Source: a virus (lineage: Duplodnaviria > Caudoviricetes). From it: DNA of 52,198 bases. Below, piece by piece: positions 49,601-52,198 of the stretch; the first letter of the stretch is position 1, and every line of letters starts with the position of its first letter. The notes under the pieces were generated by a model. It searched no databases. It had not been told where the DNA came from and saw nothing but the letters and a program-made list of their open reading frames with translations. Location: positions 1-52,198 of IMG/VR virus record IMGVR_UViG_3300032087_006329, one strand, 5' to 3'. The translations under genes and the position numbers were made by a program.

Positions 49601-50791
49601 ATGGCCACGTTTGCTACAACAACGAACCCAACACCCTTCGGGTTCTTCGATGCCGACAGTGGCTTTCAGTCTGATGCTGATAGCATGATCACCTTTGTCA
49701 AGCGAAAGCTCGGCGACGATGTCCTTTCTGTTGAGTTGACCAAGAAGCAAATATGGGCGTGCTTTGAAGAAGCGACGCTAGAATACAGCTCTATCATCAA
49801 CATGCACGAGGCAGAAAGCACGTTGATGAACCTGCTTGGCGTTGCAACTGGATCAGCAACTTCTGGAAGCTTTAACATTGGACCTCACGGAAAAGAGACG
49901 CTTCTGCAGAGGTTCAATCTAGATTTTGCTTCTAGAACAGCATCGGCATACTCCACGGAAGCTTTTGTCGGTGGTGATTACAATCACATCAGCGGATCGA
50001 TTCAGCTTGTTGATGGCCAGCAAGACTACGACATCTATACTGACTTGAAGGACGAAAATGGAGTTGCGTTAACCGGCTCTATGTCTTCACCAGGAAAGAT
50101 GCGGGTTACTGAAGTGTTTCACTTTGATCCGCAGGCTGCTTACAGATTCTTTGACACAACATCTGCGATTAACTATCTTTCAAACGAGTTTGCTTTCGAA
50201 AGCTTTACTCCCGAAACAGTGTTCTACGTTTTGCCTGTTTTTGAAGATGTTCTTCGAGCAGGCCAGATGGATCTGTCTAATCGAGTTCGGCGTTCTAACT
50301 TCTCTTACAAGATTATTGGAACAAAGATTCGTGTGTACCCAACTCCAACCGCAGAAAACCCTAGAAAGCTTTTCATGAGAGTTCTCCTAGGTGCTGATCC
50401 ATTCAACCCTGCGTACGAGGATTCATCGATATTTGGAACATCGAATGTTTCGAACGCACCGTTTGGACACCTGACCTATCAGAACATCAACTCGATGGGA
50501 AGGCAGTGGATTAGGCAGTACGCACTCTCTTGCGCTAAAGAACTCTTGGGACTGATCAGAAACAAGTTTTCTACCGTTCCCATTCCTGGTGGTGACGTTA
50601 CCCTGAACGGAGGCGAACTGGTCACTCAGGGGCAAACGGAAAAGGAAGCCTACAGAACACAGTTGAGGGAACAACTCGACAAACTAACCTATGGCGCACT
50701 TATTACATCTGCAGCAGATGAGGCGGAAGCTTTAAACAGATTGCTTAGACTCATTCCGATGCCTAACGGTCTAACGATCTTTACGGGGTGA
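49601..50791 (+). CDS. gp13: Neck / head-tail adaptor (T4 gp13-like)
   Basis: RKLG...SVELT..QI..C.EEA..EY; WIRQYALSCAKELLGLIRNKFST.PIPGG.VTLNG.EL. Confidence 0.85.
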   Translation: MATFATTTNPTPFGFFDADSGFQSDADSMITFVKRKLGDDVLSVELTKKQIWACFEEATLEYSSIINMHEAESTLMNLLGVATGSATSGSFNIGPHGKETLLQRFNLDFASRTASAYSTEAFVGGDYNHISGSIQLVDGQQDYDIYTDLKDENGVALTGSMSSPGKMRVTEVFHFDPQAAYRFFDTTSAINYLSNEFAFESFTPETVFYVLPVFEDVLRAGQMDLSNRVRRSNFSYKIIGTKIRVYPTPTAENPRKLFMRVLLGADPFNPAYEDSSIFGTSNVSNAPFGHLTYQNINSMGRQWIRQYALSCAKELLGLIRNKFSTVPIPGGDVTLNGGELVTQGQTEKEAYRTQLREQLDKLTYGALITSAADEAEALNRLLRLIPMPNGLTIFTG

Positions 50792-50794
50792 TAG

Positions 50795-51466
50795 ATGGCT
50801 AGACTGTTTATCACGCCTAGAGAGATCGACTTCATTGCCGATGTCACCAAGGAGCTAACAAAGGACGTCATAGGCCAGAAGATCTATTACTATCATGTGC
50901 GCGAAGATCTTTCTGAGGTGAGCGAAGTCTACGAGGAAGCACCGGAGAAAGTATTCGATCCTCCGATCGAGATCGAGTGCATTGTAGCATTCCAACCAGG
51001 GGAATTTGTTTCTGATCGGTTCGGTGTCGATGAGAAGTACAAACAAGAAGTCTACATTCAGTGGAGAGATCTCGTCGACAAAGGCTTGACCGAGACTGTT
51101 CAGACCGGCGACTACTACAGCTACGGAACTAACTTCTTCGAGATCACATCGGTTACGCAAGAAAAGGAAGTGTTCGGACAGATCGATCACTACGTTGGTG
51201 TCACGATGCTTGGCGTTCAAGCTCGCCAAGGCCAGATCAGGTTCCAGCCTCTTGGCCCCATTGGCGAGGAGTATAGCGACGAGGGTGCCGTACAAGAAGT
51301 GTTTGTGCAGCAGAGGGGATTTGAAGAAAATAGTCTTGGTCTCACTAACGATAAAAGAGCGTTGCAAGAGAAGGGTGTTCTGGACAGTCCAATCACAGGT
51401 CCGGCAGAGGTCAGCCCAGAGGGTTCTGACAGCAAGGCCGGTTCTTCATTCTACGATGAGTCATAA
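50795..51466 (+). CDS. gp14: Neck / head-closure protein (T4 gp14-like)
   Basis: E...DVIGQKIYYY...VYEEA..K.F..PIEI...FG...GDY...FFEI; follows the gp13-like gene. Confidence 0.7.
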   Translation: MARLFITPREIDFIADVTKELTKDVIGQKIYYYHVREDLSEVSEVYEEAPEKVFDPPIEIECIVAFQPGEFVSDRFGVDEKYKQEVYIQWRDLVDKGLTETVQTGDYYSYGTNFFEITSVTQEKEVFGQIDHYVGVTMLGVQARQGQIRFQPLGPIGEEYSDEGAVQEVFVQQRGFEENSLGLTNDKRALQEKGVLDSPITGPAEVSPEGSDSKAGSSFYDES

Positions 51467-52198
51467 TGTCAACAAGATACTCAAAAACCTCGAATCACGA
51501 GTTTGATACACGACAGGGATACGAAGGTTCGACCGCACCGGAAGACTTTACTATTCCGTCGTGCACCATTGAAGATGTTGACAAGGCTGTGTTCAACCTC
51601 TTTGAAAAGGACATTCCCCTCTACTTCCTGATAGGGAAAGAGACACGAAGAATCCCTGTCATCTTTGCGACCGGTGAACGCTTTGCCATCCTAAGAAGGC
51701 GTCAACCTCTGCGAGATGAAAACAGCGTTGTGATCCTGCCGCTTATCTCGATTATGAGAACTAGCGTTGACCAGAAGCCTTCGATTGGAAACGGACCACA
51801 GCAAACCCTGCCTCAGGTGATTAAGCGTCGGCTTAGCAAAGAAGATCCAAAGTATCAAAGACTTCTAAACAAGCTAGGGCTAAAAAACGATGGCGAGCTT
51901 GGAGCAGAGGATACAAGGCGAACCACCGAAGGAATTGATGACTATCTAAAGGAATCCGGAAACGTTCTTCGTTCGGTTCTCAACAACAACCTGGTGGAAA
52001 CCATAGAGATTCCACCGGTAAAATACTACCAAGCCAGCTATGAAATTACTGTGTGGACCCAGTACACCGCTCAGATGAACGATGTTCTATCTTCGATCAT
52101 GTCGTCGTATACAAACATGCACCAGCGTGAATTTCGTCTCGAGACGGAAAAGGGTTACTGGTTTGTTGGCTACGTCGACAGTGCATTCTCGCCTGGCA
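51466..52198 (+). CDS. Tail terminator / sheath stabiliser (T4 gp15-like), 3'-truncated
   Basis: Not in the ORF track because it has no stop in the window. TAATG-coupled: MSTRYSK...IEDVDKAVF...IPVIFATGERF...LPLISIMRTS...YEITVWTQYTAQMNDVL. Confidence 0.75.
   Translation, partial: MSTRYSKTSNHEFDTRQGYEGSTAPEDFTIPSCTIEDVDKAVFNLFEKDIPLYFLIGKETRRIPVIFATGERFAILRRRQPLRDENSVVILPLISIMRTSVDQKPSIGNGPQQTLPQVIKRRLSKEDPKYQRLLNKLGLKNDGELGAEDTRRTTEGIDDYLKESGNVLRSVLNNNLVETIEIPPVKYYQASYEITVWTQYTAQMNDVLSSIMSSYTNMHQREFRLETEKGYWFVGYVDSAFSPG

Noticed and set aside
1-52198. Alternative genetic code, inteins or introns in terminase, portal or primase
   Set aside because: Genes are intact and tightly coupled under code 11 using all three stop codons; lengths are normal and no splicing motifs were seen.

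Overview
This is a 52-kb, gene-dense, all-plus-strand segment of a large T4-superfamily-like myophage that appears distantly related to characterised ones. In order it holds: a partial GT4 glycosyltransferase and a gp55-like late sigma factor; baseplate genes (gp5-like, gp25, gp6, LamG-bearing wedge proteins); a mosaic tail fibre translationally coupled to a GAMT/RMT2-like SAM methyltransferase; about 9 kb of large unassigned acidic proteins; more tail/baseplate paralogues; RuvC, a primase and a single-ORF Mre11(SbcD)-Rad50(SbcC) fusion; and the head/neck module (terminase, portal, protease, core proteins, scaffold, major capsid, gp13/gp14/gp15-like). A recurrent TA(T/C)TTA motif looks like the late promoter. 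The best candidate for an undescribed system is virion post-translational modification: the methyltransferase in the fibre cassette, the glycosyltransferase, and a selective [S/T]-G-S motif enrichment in outer virion proteins. No tRNA, CRISPR array, integrase or intein was seen. All calls come from motif recognition by eye, with no database searches.
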